NCBI GenBank assembly: GCA_017513085.1
Contig: JAFWDK010000019.1
Span: 192,001-256,000, forward strand
Direction of reading: 5' to 3'
Origin: Clostridiales bacterium
Lineage (GTDB): Bacteria > Bacillota > Clostridia > Saccharofermentanales > Saccharofermentanaceae
Length of the DNA stretch: 64,000 nucleotides
Each line of letters opens with the position of its first letter. The first letter of the stretch is position 1. Both the position numbers and the translations under genes were made by a program. This document shows, one piece after another, positions 50,119-60,531 of this stretch. A model generated the notes under the pieces. It saw nothing but the letters and a program-made list of their open reading frames with translations, had not been told where the DNA came from and did not search any database.

Positions 50119-50736
50119 TTACAGAAGTTTCAGCAAACAGTTATTCGTGATTTCAAAAATCGTCTGATACACAAAGTCCACACCCGCCTCTTGCATCGCT
50201 TCCTTCTGCTTCTCCGTCACCGACGTGTAAGGATAGATACCGAACATGAACGGGAAAAACACATATACGATATTTCTGATCTCCTCGGTGGATTTCTTCG
50301 GACAGAACTTCGTCAAAATATCGGTAACATTCTTCAAAGACTCGCCATACGCCACCTTAAATGACGTCAGAAGTTCCGGCCGGCTGTTCTCTTCCATGTC
50401 ATAGTTGTTCATGGCCAGAAGCTTCAGAAGCTGCTGCCTCCTGGCAATCGAAGAAGCAAGTTTCTCCGCGACCAGTGCTTTTGAAAGAGACTTATTCTCC
50501 TGAAGGATCGTCTTCAGATCTTCATTCCAGCGGACATACTCTCGTTCAAAAAGCGCTAGGAAAATTTCTTCTTTGGTCTGGTAGTAGTTGTAGATCGTCG
50601 GTCTGGAGAAAGACGTCTCGTTACCGATTTCTTTAAGTGTTATATCCTTAAAGTTCATGGTCTGATACAGTTTTTCACAGGCATTTATGATCTCTTCTTT
50701 CCTCGAAGCAGTTCTCTCCGGTGATCCCTTAGGCAT
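50119..50736 (-). CDS. TetR-family transcriptional regulator
   Basis: ITLKEIGNETSFSRPTIYNYYQTKEEIF HTH. Start 50736 after GGAGG. Confidence 0.9.
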   Translation of the reverse strand: MPKGSPERTASRKEEIINACEKLYQTMNFKDITLKEIGNETSFSRPTIYNYYQTKEEIFLALFEREYVRWNEDLKTILQENKSLSKALVAEKLASSIARRQQLLKLLAMNNYDMEENSRPELLTSFKVAYGESLKNVTDILTKFCPKKSTEEIRNIVYVFFPFMFGIYPYTSVTEKQKEAMQEAGVDFVYQTIFEITNNCLLKLL

Positions 50737-50763
50737 ATCGAACCTCCATGCAACAATGTATTC

Positions 50764-50811
50764 TGACATCGTGTCAATATGAATTGTACACCCATTCTGA
50801 CACCGTGTCAA
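50764..50811 (-). promoter_or_regulatory. TetR promoter with two TGACA-N3-TGTCA operators
   Basis: Minus strand TTGACA-17-TACAAT (50811 to 50783); palindromes TGACATCGTGTCA (50764-50776) and TGACACCGTGTCA (50798-50810). Confidence 0.75.
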
Positions 50812-50879
50812 CATTGCTGATCTATGAGGTAGGATTGCTTTACAGGGAAATCCGACGGTTAGCTGTGCCTAACCACGAC

Positions 50880-51300
50880 GATTACGGGTGAAAATGAAAA
50901 AATGCCGAATTCACCCGTAATCCGTTTCCGTGATGCCGGGTAGATTACGGGTGAAAATGAAAAAATGCCGGATTCACCCGTAATCTGTTTCCGTGATGCC
51001 GGGTCGATTACGGGTGAAAATGAAAAAATGCCGAATTCACCCGTAATCCGTTTCCGTGACGCCGGGTCGATTACGGGTGAAAATGAAAAAATGCCGGATT
51101 CACCCGTAATCCGTTTCCGTGGAGCCGGGTCGATTACGGGTGAAAATGAAAAAATGCCGAATTCACCCGTAATCTGTTTCCGTGAAGCCGGGTCGATTAC
51201 GGGTGAAAATGAAGAAATGCTGAATTCACCCGTAATCCGTTTCCGTTATGCGGGGGCGATTACGGGTGAAAATGAAAAAATGCCGAATTCACCCGTAATC
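50880..51300. repeat. Tandem array of seven 43-bp palindromic units with 20-bp linkers (63-bp period), REP/BIME-like
   Basis: Units start at 50880, 50943, 51006, 51069, 51132, 51195 and 51258; each is GATTACGGGTGAA-17nt-TTCACCCGTAATC. Confidence 0.95.
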
Positions 51301-51399
51301 CTCTGGCTAACCACATCTAACAGGCGCATTCAAGCACAAGCAGACAACCTCCTTACGACAGAAACGATAGGAAAGCAGGTTTTCACCTGCTCAAGCCAC

Positions 51400-52698
51400 T
51401 CACGAAGTGAAACTGCCGTAGTTTTCGATTGCTTCGTCTATAGTCATCTCGCCGGTTGCGACAAGATAACCCGCCATTCTCAACTGGATCACCGCATCAT
51501 CCGTCAATCCGATCACTTCCGGCGACAGGATCCGGGATTCCGGAACGGCTCCGAATTCCGCATACATATTATTGAAAGACAGATCTTTCGTCGGAGACAT
51601 GAGTCCTTTGTTCTGCGCCATCTCATTCAGCTCCGGCGTCGTGATCAGGAAACGCATAAATTCGTTTGCCATCGCCAGATTTGCACTGTCTTTATTGACG
51701 GAAAACTGCAGGTTCGGCATATCCAGGAAATACGAACCCTCATCCGTCACCGGGATCGGAGCAAAAGCATATGCAAAAGGCTTCGCGATAAAAGCTTCCG
51801 AGCGGCTTTCCCGCTTTTTGGTGCCGGAGACGGTATCTCCGGAGCAAGCCATCATGGGGACATCGCCCTCGAAGAAACGAAGGATCACGGCATCGTAATT
51901 ATTCTCGATTGCTTTACAAGCCTCCAGATCCACGCAATCATCGTTAACAAACTGCACGAGTTTCTCAAGCGTAGGCCGCATATACTCGCCGGCCGAAGCG
52001 TCCAACGAATTAAGCTTCTTTACCGCCTCGGCGTCATTCGCCACACTTCCGCAGAAGTACGGATAGTTGACCAACGAGAAAATCGAGGTCGTCTCTTTCT
52101 GCACGAAACCCATCATCGGGTTTTTATATCCTTTGGCTCGAAAAGCACTGCACACTTCGACCAGTTCTTTGTACGTCGTGGGGATGTTCAGACCTTCTTT
52201 TTCAAAAAGGTCCTTATTCACCAGCATGCCGTACGTGTTCGAGAAGACCGGCACCATCGGCAGTGTACCGTTTTCTGTGTTGAGAATAATGTTTTTGCGG
52301 ATGCAGCCCAAGTCCAGTCCCAGTGCAGGATCTGCCAGGTTTTCCGCATGATCGATCGATGCTTTATATTGCTCACGGCCATACATCCAGGAATAATTGA
52401 CGTAGATGTCAGGGGCATCGTTTCCGTTCAACACCGTGCCGATCATGTTGTTATAGTCATCCACTTTGGTATAGACCAGTTCCACATTCGGATAATACTT
52501 GTTGAAACGGTCGATCTCGGTCTCCAGCGCTTCGAAATTGTCGTACCCGCCGGCAATTCGGATATGACATTTGACAGAAGTATCCAACGCCGGCTGGAAT
52601 CCTTCCTCCACCTTCGCTTTCTTCTTGCCCGAGCTGCACGAAGCCGAACCCAGCACCATCAAAGCCGTCAAAAACATACATATTGTCTTTCTCATCAT
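51400..52698 (-). CDS. Extracellular solute-binding lipoprotein (family 1)
   Basis: Lipobox SASC; [22 protein letters not shown] and ANEFMRFL; start overlaps the kinase stop. Confidence 0.85.
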   Translation of the reverse strand: MMRKTICMFLTALMVLGSASCSSGKKKAKVEEGFQPALDTSVKCHIRIAGGYDNFEALETEIDRFNKYYPNVELVYTKVDDYNNMIGTVLNGNDAPDIYVNYSWMYGREQYKASIDHAENLADPALGLDLGCIRKNIILNTENGTLPMVPVFSNTYGMLVNKDLFEKEGLNIPTTYKELVEVCSAFRAKGYKNPMMGFVQKETTSIFSLVNYPYFCGSVANDAEAVKKLNSLDASAGEYMRPTLEKLVQFVNDDCVDLEACKAIENNYDAVILRFFEGDVPMMACSGDTVSGTKKRESRSEAFIAKPFAYAFAPIPVTDEGSYFLDMPNLQFSVNKDSANLAMANEFMRFLITTPELNEMAQNKGLMSPTKDLSFNNMYAEFGAVPESRILSPEVIGLTDDAVIQLRMAGYLVATGEMTIDEAIENYGSFTS

Positions 52699-55250
52699 AG
52701 TCCTCTCCCCCTCTTGGCCCTACGGATCTCCTTGATAACCAGTTTGACATCGACCGGCTTCGCTATATGCCCGTTCATCCCTGCATTCAGGCATTCCGTA
52801 ATATTCTCGGAAAAAGCATCCGCGGTCATCGCCACGATCGGGATCGCCGCCGCCCTGGGTCTGTCCAGTTTCCGGATTTCCCGTGTCGCGTCGAGGCCGT
52901 TCATCTCAGGCATCTGTACATCCATAAAGATCAGTTCATAACTGCCTTCTTCTGCTGTGCGCATCTTATCCACACAGATCCGCCCGTTTTCTGCCCGCTC
53001 GGTCGTGATTCCGAACATGGAAAGCATGGCGGAAATGATTTCCCAGTTAATATCATTATCTTCGGCCACAAGGATGTTCAATCCCTTAAGATCGGAATAA
53101 TCATCCTCCGGCTCGATCGATCCGGATTCTTTTCCCATGAGGTCGTTGATCTTATCGTAAAGCGTCGAACGGAAAAGCGGCTTACTGACAAATCCGCTTG
53201 CGCCGGCTTCTCTTGCTTCATCCTCGATTTCCGACCAGTCATAAGCAGAGATCAGCAAAACCGGAACATTCGCATCGATCTCCGACCGGATTCGTCTGAT
53301 CGTTTCCAATCCGTCCATATCAGGCATTTTCCAGTCAACGATAATAACATCGTAATCTCTCCCGGAAAGATGTCTGTGCTCGATCATACCGAGCGCTTCC
53401 AAACCCGTACCCGCCTGTTCCACGGATGCCCCAAGTGAAGCCAGGGTATCCGAGGCCGTCTGAAGCAATGTTTCATCGTCATCCACGATCAGGACATCGA
53501 TCGGTTCCAGCCGCATCTCTTCGCGCTGTCTGTCAGCTACCGGGATATCCAGGACCACCGTGAAAGTAGTTCCCTTTCCTTGCTCACTCTGACAATCGAT
53601 CGTTCCACCGAGCAGTTCAACCATCTGCTTGGTGATGGCCAGACCAAGACCGGTTCCCTGAATGCTGTTCACACGGCTGTCAACCTGACGTGAAAACGGC
53701 GTATACATGTTCTCCATGTATTCCGGACTCATTCCGATACCTGTATCGGCGACAATATACGTCAGCCGCACGCAACCCGGCTTCTCACTCTTCTCCTCGC
53801 GCAGATCCACACAGACACTTCCACTCGGCTCCGTGTATTTGATTGCATTTGAAAGAATATTGATATAGATCTGATTCAGACGGAGCTGGTCTGTATACAG
53901 GTATTCTTTTTCCATCTGATTAATGTGGAAACTGAATTCGATATTCTTCTCCTTGATCATAGGCTGAGAGATATTTACCAGGTTTTCGACAGTCTCCACG
54001 ATAGAAAATGTCAGCGGACTCAAGGAGAGTTTTCCGCTCTCCACCTTCGATATATCCAGGATGTCGTTGATCAGCGTCAGCAAGTGATTCCCGGCAAGAC
54101 TGATCTTCCGCAGGATCTCCTTCGTCGATTGCTCATCCCCCGGATTCTTCTCGGCAATAGCCGTAAGACCGATGATTGCATTCATAGGCGTACGGATATC
54201 GTGAGACATGGTCGAAAGGAAATCCGTCTTCGCCTTATTGGCCGACTCCGCTTTTCGAGCCGCGATCTGAAGACGCTTATTCAAATACAGCATATGGAAC
54301 AGGTCACAAACAAAAAGGATCAGAAGCCCTACAGAAACCACACCGAAAAGCACCCAGTTACTGTTTCTCACGCGAAGGTCTTTGGACGGAACAAGTCCCA
54401 GGAGCGTCCAGCCTGACGCAGCCGATACAGGGGTATAAGCAAGAATGCACTCCTCACCGTGAGAGTTGTTCATGGAAAGAGAACCTGTCGTGGAAGTGAT
54501 TCTGGCGAACAATTCTCTCGACGATTCGGGATCCGACGGATTATACGATTTATAAAACTCGAAAAAATCGGAATTCTTAAAGCTGTATCCTTTGAGGATA
54601 TAATCACCATCGCTGTCGATCAGAGACAGCTCCGCATTCATAAGTTCAGTATGGAGGAAGAACCATTTCTCTTCCAGTTCCGAGATCGGTATCACACGCA
54701 AAAGCACTGCTTCCTTGGCTTTTCCGCTCTCCGTATCGTACAGTGTAACTTTGTTACAAAAGGCCAAAGACTGCTCTCCGTTCATCGGATTCGTGAATGC
54801 ACGGGTGATGTTGATCGACTTTCCGAGATCATCGATCCAGTTCACATCGTCCAGCAGTCCCAGCCGCTGATAGGATACCACATAGTCATCGGTCGTGCCC
54901 AGTTTCGGCCGTGTAGAAAGACCATTCAGCGTGTCGAGCGAGATCAGATGCGCCGAGGCGGTCTCCAGCACATGAGAAGAACGGATATACGCAGCCGCCT
55001 CTTCTATGGGCATGTCTTTGCTGTTGATATAGCGCGCCCATACATCACAGATCCTCTGCTCACCTTCCAGATAATTCTCCGTCACATGTTCCATGGTGAC
55101 CGTTGTACTCTCGAAGTTTTCGATCTGTCTTTGGTAAGAACCAACGTTTTCATATCTGGAATAGAGGACAACAAAAACAAGTATTGCAGCCATGATGATC
55201 ACATTGACCACAATAATATAGAATTTCCTCATGTTCTGTGATGATTGCAT
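52695..55250 (-). CDS. Hybrid sensor histidine kinase (Cache-like sensor, HisKA, HATPase, two REC domains)
   Basis: [33 protein letters not shown]; REC motifs VDWKMP and FMDVQMP. Confidence 0.93.
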   Translation of the reverse strand: MQSSQNMRKFYIIVVNVIIMAAILVFVVLYSRYENVGSYQRQIENFESTTVTMEHVTENYLEGEQRICDVWARYINSKDMPIEEAAAYIRSSHVLETASAHLISLDTLNGLSTRPKLGTTDDYVVSYQRLGLLDDVNWIDDLGKSINITRAFTNPMNGEQSLAFCNKVTLYDTESGKAKEAVLLRVIPISELEEKWFFLHTELMNAELSLIDSDGDYILKGYSFKNSDFFEFYKSYNPSDPESSRELFARITSTTGSLSMNNSHGEECILAYTPVSAASGWTLLGLVPSKDLRVRNSNWVLFGVVSVGLLILFVCDLFHMLYLNKRLQIAARKAESANKAKTDFLSTMSHDIRTPMNAIIGLTAIAEKNPGDEQSTKEILRKISLAGNHLLTLINDILDISKVESGKLSLSPLTFSIVETVENLVNISQPMIKEKNIEFSFHINQMEKEYLYTDQLRLNQIYINILSNAIKYTEPSGSVCVDLREEKSEKPGCVRLTYIVADTGIGMSPEYMENMYTPFSRQVDSRVNSIQGTGLGLAITKQMVELLGGTIDCQSEQGKGTTFTVVLDIPVADRQREEMRLEPIDVLIVDDDETLLQTASDTLASLGASVEQAGTGLEALGMIEHRHLSGRDYDVIIVDWKMPDMDGLETIRRIRSEIDANVPVLLISAYDWSEIEDEAREAGASGFVSKPLFRSTLYDKINDLMGKESGSIEPEDDYSDLKGLNILVAEDNDINWEIISAMLSMFGITTERAENGRICVDKMRTAEEGSYELIFMDVQMPEMNGLDATREIRKLDRPRAAAIPIVAMTADAFSENITECLNAGMNGHIAKPVDVKLVIKEIRRAKRGRGL

Positions 55251-55429
55251 TCCCGTCTTCCTTCAAGCCCCGTCGAATTGATTCGAAATCTCCTGACTAA
55301 GCCACTGCCTAACCAAGTTTATTATACCATCGGGCACAGAAAGAAAATTTAACATTTCGGTAAACAAACTCTTGCCGAACCGTATATTTTCGGGGCTCAA
55401 AGCCGAACAAGACGCGGATCCGCCGCACT

Positions 55430-57172
55430 TTACTCCGTCAGCATCTCGTAGGTAACGCCGTATTTCTCGGCGATATCCTTGGCAAAACTCATACCCTCCG
55501 GCGGCGCGACCTCGACTTTGAAGGAACGCTTCGCGCCTTCGTTCTTCACGATGAGCGAAGAAGCTTTCACCTTCGCGTCGCCCTCATTGAGTGCATCGAC
55601 ATCGTAGGCAAGCTTATGCATGTGCGTGTTGTAGATCGTGCGGATCCCCTTCTTCAGGATCGCACGCACGGAGTCCCTGGCGATGTAATATCCCTCTTCA
55701 AAAGAAGTCGTCGAGAATGTCTCGTTCAGGAGCATCAGGCTATCTTCCGTAGCCTCTGTGTAAAGCTCTTTGAAACGGACACACTCCTCGCCGAGTCTTC
55801 CGAGATCCATGGTCTTGTCTTCGTCGGCCGGGAAATGCGTCAGGATATTGTCGACCGGCTTATATTCGAAACTGCTGGCCGGGACATAAATGCCGCTCTG
55901 CGCAAGGACGAAAAGAAGGCCGACTGCCTGCGTGATCGTGGTCTTACCACCACGGTTCGCACCGGTCAGGATATAGACGGTGTGGTCAGAATCGAAGTCC
56001 AGATCGTTATAGACGATCTCCTCACTATGGTTCGAAGAGATCGCAAGCTTCAGGTTATAAAGACCACGCGCCTTCATGGTGAAACCATCGGCCAGTTCTT
56101 TTTCACTAAGAATAGACGCCTCACAGAATGGCATGCCTTTCTTCAGGTTGCCTTCGATAAACTCGGCGAAGCGGATATAGAACACGAACTCGGGAATGAG
56201 CTTGGAGATGTTTACGACAGCGACGTTCACGTATTTGCCGAGCGTGTCGCGAAGCTTCTTTACGAGCGTGTCGAGGAGTTTCGTGACGATCTTGCCAAGG
56301 TAGAATGTCGTGCTCTCGACGCCATCCCCCTTCGGGACCGCAGCCGTTGTGGCATGCGCATTGACCACGTTTTTCATGATGATGCCGCCTGTGGTGGCCT
56401 TGGAGTACATATCGGACAAGCGGTCCACAATGCCTTCGCCCTCCTCCGCTTCCGCAGGAGTGTAGTGCATGTCGCCGTCCCAATCGGTGCCCTCATGGAG
56501 TTTGTTCCGGGACTTCAGGGCATCGGCAAAATTACTGACGATATTGGACTTCTTAAAAGGCGTGTCGTTGATGGAGATCAGGCCGAGGGAACTGGCCTCA
56601 AAGCGCTCGTTGACGTTGATGCCGACTGTCACGCTCTTCACGCTGGTGGCTTCCGCCTTGACCTTCTCGATGTCCGCTTTCATCTCGGCAAAGAAAGAAT
56701 CCGTGTAAACGGCGTTGATGTATTCTCGCAGATCCAGAAGGCCCTGGGATTTCAGGTCGGCATTGCCGAGGCAATCCTGCATGGCCTCGACACACTTAAT
56801 GTAGTCGGAGATCTCATCGAGCTTATGGAGCAGATCCCAAAGGCCTATTCTCTCCGAGGAACCACGCTTCATGGTCTTAAAGTCCTTGATGTAGGAGATC
56901 TTATCGAGAAGTTCCATCATCTTCTTGCGAAGATCCGGTAGATTCAAAATGTCGACGAAGACCTTCTGACGGTACTCAGCGACACGCCGGTCCGTCGTAA
57001 GTTTCGAAAGGATGCCCATGATCAGGACGTCCTCCTTCGGTCCCTGGGCAAGGGTAGTACAAAGCGTATCCAGCGCCAGGTCGTGGCAAGCCAGATTACT
57101 GAGCTGCGTATATTCCGCTTCTTCGCTATATGGAAATAAAATACTGATAGGTTTATTGATGTCTACTGCCAT
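55430..57172 (-). CDS. MutS-related ATPase (domain V; no mismatch-binding domain)
   Basis: LTGANRGGKT, THFP, GRLGEE, LLNETFSTTS, NTHMH and SFAKDIA.KYG. Confidence 0.82.
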   Translation of the reverse strand: MAVDINKPISILFPYSEEAEYTQLSNLACHDLALDTLCTTLAQGPKEDVLIMGILSKLTTDRRVAEYRQKVFVDILNLPDLRKKMMELLDKISYIKDFKTMKRGSSERIGLWDLLHKLDEISDYIKCVEAMQDCLGNADLKSQGLLDLREYINAVYTDSFFAEMKADIEKVKAEATSVKSVTVGINVNERFEASSLGLISINDTPFKKSNIVSNFADALKSRNKLHEGTDWDGDMHYTPAEAEEGEGIVDRLSDMYSKATTGGIIMKNVVNAHATTAAVPKGDGVESTTFYLGKIVTKLLDTLVKKLRDTLGKYVNVAVVNISKLIPEFVFYIRFAEFIEGNLKKGMPFCEASILSEKELADGFTMKARGLYNLKLAISSNHSEEIVYNDLDFDSDHTVYILTGANRGGKTTITQAVGLLFVLAQSGIYVPASSFEYKPVDNILTHFPADEDKTMDLGRLGEECVRFKELYTEATEDSLMLLNETFSTTSFEEGYYIARDSVRAILKKGIRTIYNTHMHKLAYDVDALNEGDAKVKASSLIVKNEGAKRSFKVEVAPPEGMSFAKDIAEKYGVTYEMLTE

Positions 57173-57265
57173 GTCAGGCCTCCGGTGTCAAGAATTCTCA
57201 TTTGACTCTATTATACCGCCAAATTCTGTTTCTTACCCGCCCGTATCGACAATACTGAGCAAAAA

Positions 57266-58108
57266 TCACTCCTCGACTTCTTTAAACCACACCAGAAAAC
57301 TGTCGCACAATAAAATGAATTCCGCGCTGCAATCTGCGCCATACTCCTCTTCGCCGTTAATGAGCACATCGTCATCTTCCAGCATTTTATCGTAAGCGTC
57401 CGGATCGGCAGAGCGGGCGATAATGTGTACGATCTCGAGTTTACGGAGTTCGTCGTCTTCGTGGTAATATGCATACGCCGTATCTCCGGCAGCATTATCG
57501 TCTTTCTTCAGGAAGTAATCGATCTGGCAATCTTCCCCTTCGTCATAGGAAGACTTATCCCAGCAGTCTTCCAGATATTCCCGGCAAACATTTCCGTTTA
57601 TCAGAACATCCATGATGTCATACTTCGGTTCCGGATCTGGTTCCAGAGCCGCCTCATTTCTTTTCTTTAACGCCTTTTTCTCATCAAAGTCAGAAGAAAT
57701 ATGGTTATAGTACTTCTGGAGAAGTGCGACGACGGTTTCTTTCTCCGAATCATCCATATTCTCAAATTCGACGATCAGCATCCAGCCCATATATCCGTTA
57801 TACAGCCTCAGCACCTTCTCACCGCCGGGTGCTTCCCGATCGGCAAAGCGGCCCGTGACAAAGTTGTTTTCTTCCCAGTTTGCTTCGATCTCCCATGTGG
57901 AAAAAGCACTTACCAGTTCGTCATTGAGCGCTCTGACATCGACCTTGTCATACTTTGCGGCTTTATCCAAATAGTTCTCATAGATGCAGAGCCAGAAAAA
58001 AGCGATAGTCTCCTGATCACTTTCAAAAGCCTCATCGATCTTCCAGCAATAGATCTCATTTGCTATTTTTTGCGCCGCATTATCCGGATTCATTTTCTTC
58101 TTTGCCAT
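57266..58108 (-). CDS. Hypothetical acidic protein
   Basis: Long ORF with GGAGG RBS before ATG 58108; D/E-rich; no recognisable motif. Confidence 0.65.
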   Translation of the reverse strand: MAKKKMNPDNAAQKIANEIYCWKIDEAFESDQETIAFFWLCIYENYLDKAAKYDKVDVRALNDELVSAFSTWEIEANWEENNFVTGRFADREAPGGEKVLRLYNGYMGWMLIVEFENMDDSEKETVVALLQKYYNHISSDFDEKKALKKRNEAALEPDPEPKYDIMDVLINGNVCREYLEDCWDKSSYDEGEDCQIDYFLKKDDNAAGDTAYAYYHEDDELRKLEIVHIIARSADPDAYDKMLEDDDVLINGEEEYGADCSAEFILLCDSFLVWFKEVEE

Positions 58109-58197
58109 ACCCGAACCTCCCAAGTAAATCCAGTCGATTGTAGCAAAAAGAAGCCCTTCGTTTTTACTCAAATCCTACATTTTTCACACATAATTCA

Positions 58198-58977
58198 CTA
58201 AAAACCTGCTCCAAATCCCAGCCATTTCAGGACATGCTGAATGTACTCATCCCAGAAGTCCCAGTCGTGGCGGCCTTCACCTTCTTCATAGGTGACATCC
58301 GCGCCTGCCTCTTTCAGTGCTCGGGCAATAGAACGGTTTGCCTCCAGAAGCTCATCTTGAAGTCCGCATGCCACATAAAAAGGAGGGAAACTCTTAGCCG
58401 GATCGTTCTTGATCTGTTCCATCAGGAAGCGCGGATTTCTGTCTGAATTTCTGGTCTTTTTCAGATCCCCGAAGTTCTTCACCTCGCCAACGGTATTTCC
58501 CTTCGTATTCACCCACTCTTCCGGATATTCATAGAAATGCAGTGCGCCCGACAAAATGGCGGCTTTCCCGAAAGTCTCACTATACTTCAGTGCATTTCGG
58601 CACGTGCCAAAGCCACCCATCGAGAGGCCGGCAAGGAATGTATCTTCCCTCTTATTGGAAAGCGGAAACATCTTCCGTGTCACTTCGACCAGTTCCCGTC
58701 CGATGTATTCGCCAAAATCCCCCAGGCAGCCGTCTTTCACGAGGATGTCCATATAAAACGAATTCTCTCCGGATGGCATGACTACCGCAAGGCCGCTCTC
58801 TTCCGCCCATTTACGGATCCGGGTATAACTGAGCCAGCCGTTACAGTTATCTGTCAACCCGTGAAGAAGATAGAGAGTCGGATATGGACCGTCACATGTC
58901 TCTATTGGAAGAATGACATTTGCCTGCACGCTTCTTTTTAACGTTTCCGATCTAAAATCAATACTAATCAGAGCCAT
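58198..58977 (-). CDS. Alpha/beta-hydrolase esterase (tributyrin/acetyl esterase-like)
   Basis: YLLHGL, GLSMGG nucleophile elbow, CGLQD and GRHDWDFW. Confidence 0.9.
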   Translation of the reverse strand: MALISIDFRSETLKRSVQANVILPIETCDGPYPTLYLLHGLTDNCNGWLSYTRIRKWAEESGLAVVMPSGENSFYMDILVKDGCLGDFGEYIGRELVEVTRKMFPLSNKREDTFLAGLSMGGFGTCRNALKYSETFGKAAILSGALHFYEYPEEWVNTKGNTVGEVKNFGDLKKTRNSDRNPRFLMEQIKNDPAKSFPPFYVACGLQDELLEANRSIARALKEAGADVTYEEGEGRHDWDFWDEYIQHVLKWLGFGAGF

Positions 58978-58986
58978 ATATACCTC

Positions 58987-59631
58987 CTAAAAATTGTGCC
59001 AGTCCGTAATACTCAGTTCCTCATCGATCACCGCATATGCGCCGCACAAAATGGCGCGGTCAAATTCATCCGAACACTGGAAGGATATCTCTCCATCGGC
59101 CAATCCGATGGTTTCAGGCGTGATATTTCCTAAGAAACAGTCGAAGTTAAACATTGGATAGAAGGATCGAAGCAAGCTCTCCAGATGCCCCTTAGGAATG
59201 CTTCCGTCATTCGGCGTTTCAAGATAAGGCGCCAGACTGTTCAACCCTTCTCTTACCGGATTATAGATCTCTGCGATATCCTCTTCATTTCCGTACCGGA
59301 GATTCTCTTCAATAAACAGATCGTCGATCATCATAAAATCCGACTCGCAGCTGTCCATATCCGTAAAGACATAAAGAAGGAATGTCCCGTTAATGTTATC
59401 GATATTCTTCGAGATCTTCTCGGCAAAATCATTAAAATACTTATTCAGAAAATCGATCATTTCCTCGTCTGTACAATCCGGATCCAGGTTTTCCTCCACA
59501 ATATCCCATTCCCTGATCTCTTCCGGAGAATCCAGGATCTCGATCTCCGAATCCCGAAATACACCGATATATCCAAGATCGATGCTTCCCGATACTTTTA
59601 ACTCGTCATCTTCCAAATAGATTTTGATCAT
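58987..59631 (-). CDS. Hypothetical highly acidic protein
   Basis: 214-aa ORF overlapping the upstream stop by 4 nt; D/E-rich; no recognisable motif. Confidence 0.65.
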   Translation of the reverse strand: MIKIYLEDDELKVSGSIDLGYIGVFRDSEIEILDSPEEIREWDIVEENLDPDCTDEEMIDFLNKYFNDFAEKISKNIDNINGTFLLYVFTDMDSCESDFMMIDDLFIEENLRYGNEEDIAEIYNPVREGLNSLAPYLETPNDGSIPKGHLESLLRSFYPMFNFDCFLGNITPETIGLADGEISFQCSDEFDRAILCGAYAVIDEELSITDWHNF

Positions 59632-60053
59632 AACTGCTCCCTATGCTCGTCCTGGATTTCTTTTATCATTCTATCCTGTTTCTTCGCTTCAGCATATAGG
59701 CTGTAGTAATAGATCCCCGCAATGACGATATACGGGATCGTAAAAGACCTGAAATACTCAAGCCACCCTTTCGGACTGATCGGATCGAACAAGCTCATTA
59801 TTGCAAGGAATCCCGCGCACAAAGCAACTACGATCGCGTATTCCAAAAGGATCATCACCAGCGGACTGAACTCAACAAAAAGCTTATGCAGGGACAGTAC
59901 AAAAGAGGCGATCAGACAGAGCCCGAACATAATAAGTGTGTTCGAATTACTTGTCTTCGTTCCGGTGACCAGATTGACGACCGCGCCCGACACGGAAACC
60001 ATCGTATAGGATATGCAAATGTATAAAAGCAGTGTTTTCAAATAGTTTCTCAT
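59628..60053 (-). CDS. Four-TM membrane protein, cognate partner of the LytTR regulator (DUF3021-like)
   Basis: Four TM helices with a charged C-terminal tail; 4-nt overlap with the LytTR gene. Confidence 0.7.
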   Translation of the reverse strand: MRNYLKTLLLYICISYTMVSVSGAVVNLVTGTKTSNSNTLIMFGLCLIASFVLSLHKLFVEFSPLVMILLEYAIVVALCAGFLAIMSLFDPISPKGWLEYFRSFTIPYIVIAGIYYYSLYAEAKKQDRMIKEIQDEHREQL

Positions 60054-60523
60054 CCGATTTTCCTCTTCATAGTCTGCAAGTATTCATTGAAGGCTTTCTT
60101 ATACGCGCGGTTGATGCAGATCCTTTCCCCGTTATCAAAACTGACGTACACCTTCATGTTCAGATCTGGCTTCAGCTGCTTGATCTTATAGATGTTGATC
60201 AGGTTGGATTTCGAAACTCTCACAAAGCCATAATTCCAAAGCATCTCCTCGCAAGAGGCAAGTGTATTCATAAGCCGGAATACACCGGTTTTTGTATAGG
60301 CAAATAGCTTTCGGTCAACGAAATCAAAGTAGTAGATGTCATCCGGATCCAGAATAGTCTCCTGCCAATCATCCAGATCCTCATCCGCCGGTCTGCCCGA
60401 AAAGGACGGTCTTTCCGAATTCACGGAATCGATGATCTGCCGAACGACCGGACGCATATTGGTAAAATACACATCCACGTGTTCTTCTTTACAGTTCTTA
60501 TCTTCAAAAAGATTCAGCTTCAT
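60050..60523 (-). CDS. Stand-alone LytTR-family transcriptional regulator (no receiver domain)
   Basis: DIYYFDFVDRKLFAY...FVRVSKSNLIN...NGERI.INRAY. Confidence 0.88.
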   Translation of the reverse strand: MKLNLFEDKNCKEEHVDVYFTNMRPVVRQIIDSVNSERPSFSGRPADEDLDDWQETILDPDDIYYFDFVDRKLFAYTKTGVFRLMNTLASCEEMLWNYGFVRVSKSNLINIYKIKQLKPDLNMKVYVSFDNGERICINRAYKKAFNEYLQTMKRKIG

Positions 60524-60531
60524 ATTCAAAT

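Noticed and set aside
50880-51300. CRISPR array interpretation of the 63-bp repeat
   Set aside because: The 20-bp spacers are near-identical to each other, too short, and there are no cas genes or AT-rich leader.
50965-52941. 658-aa + strand ORF with 21-aa repeats
   Set aside because: It arises from the stop-free 63-bp repeat joined to the antisense frame of the SBP gene; no RBS and no protein-like composition.
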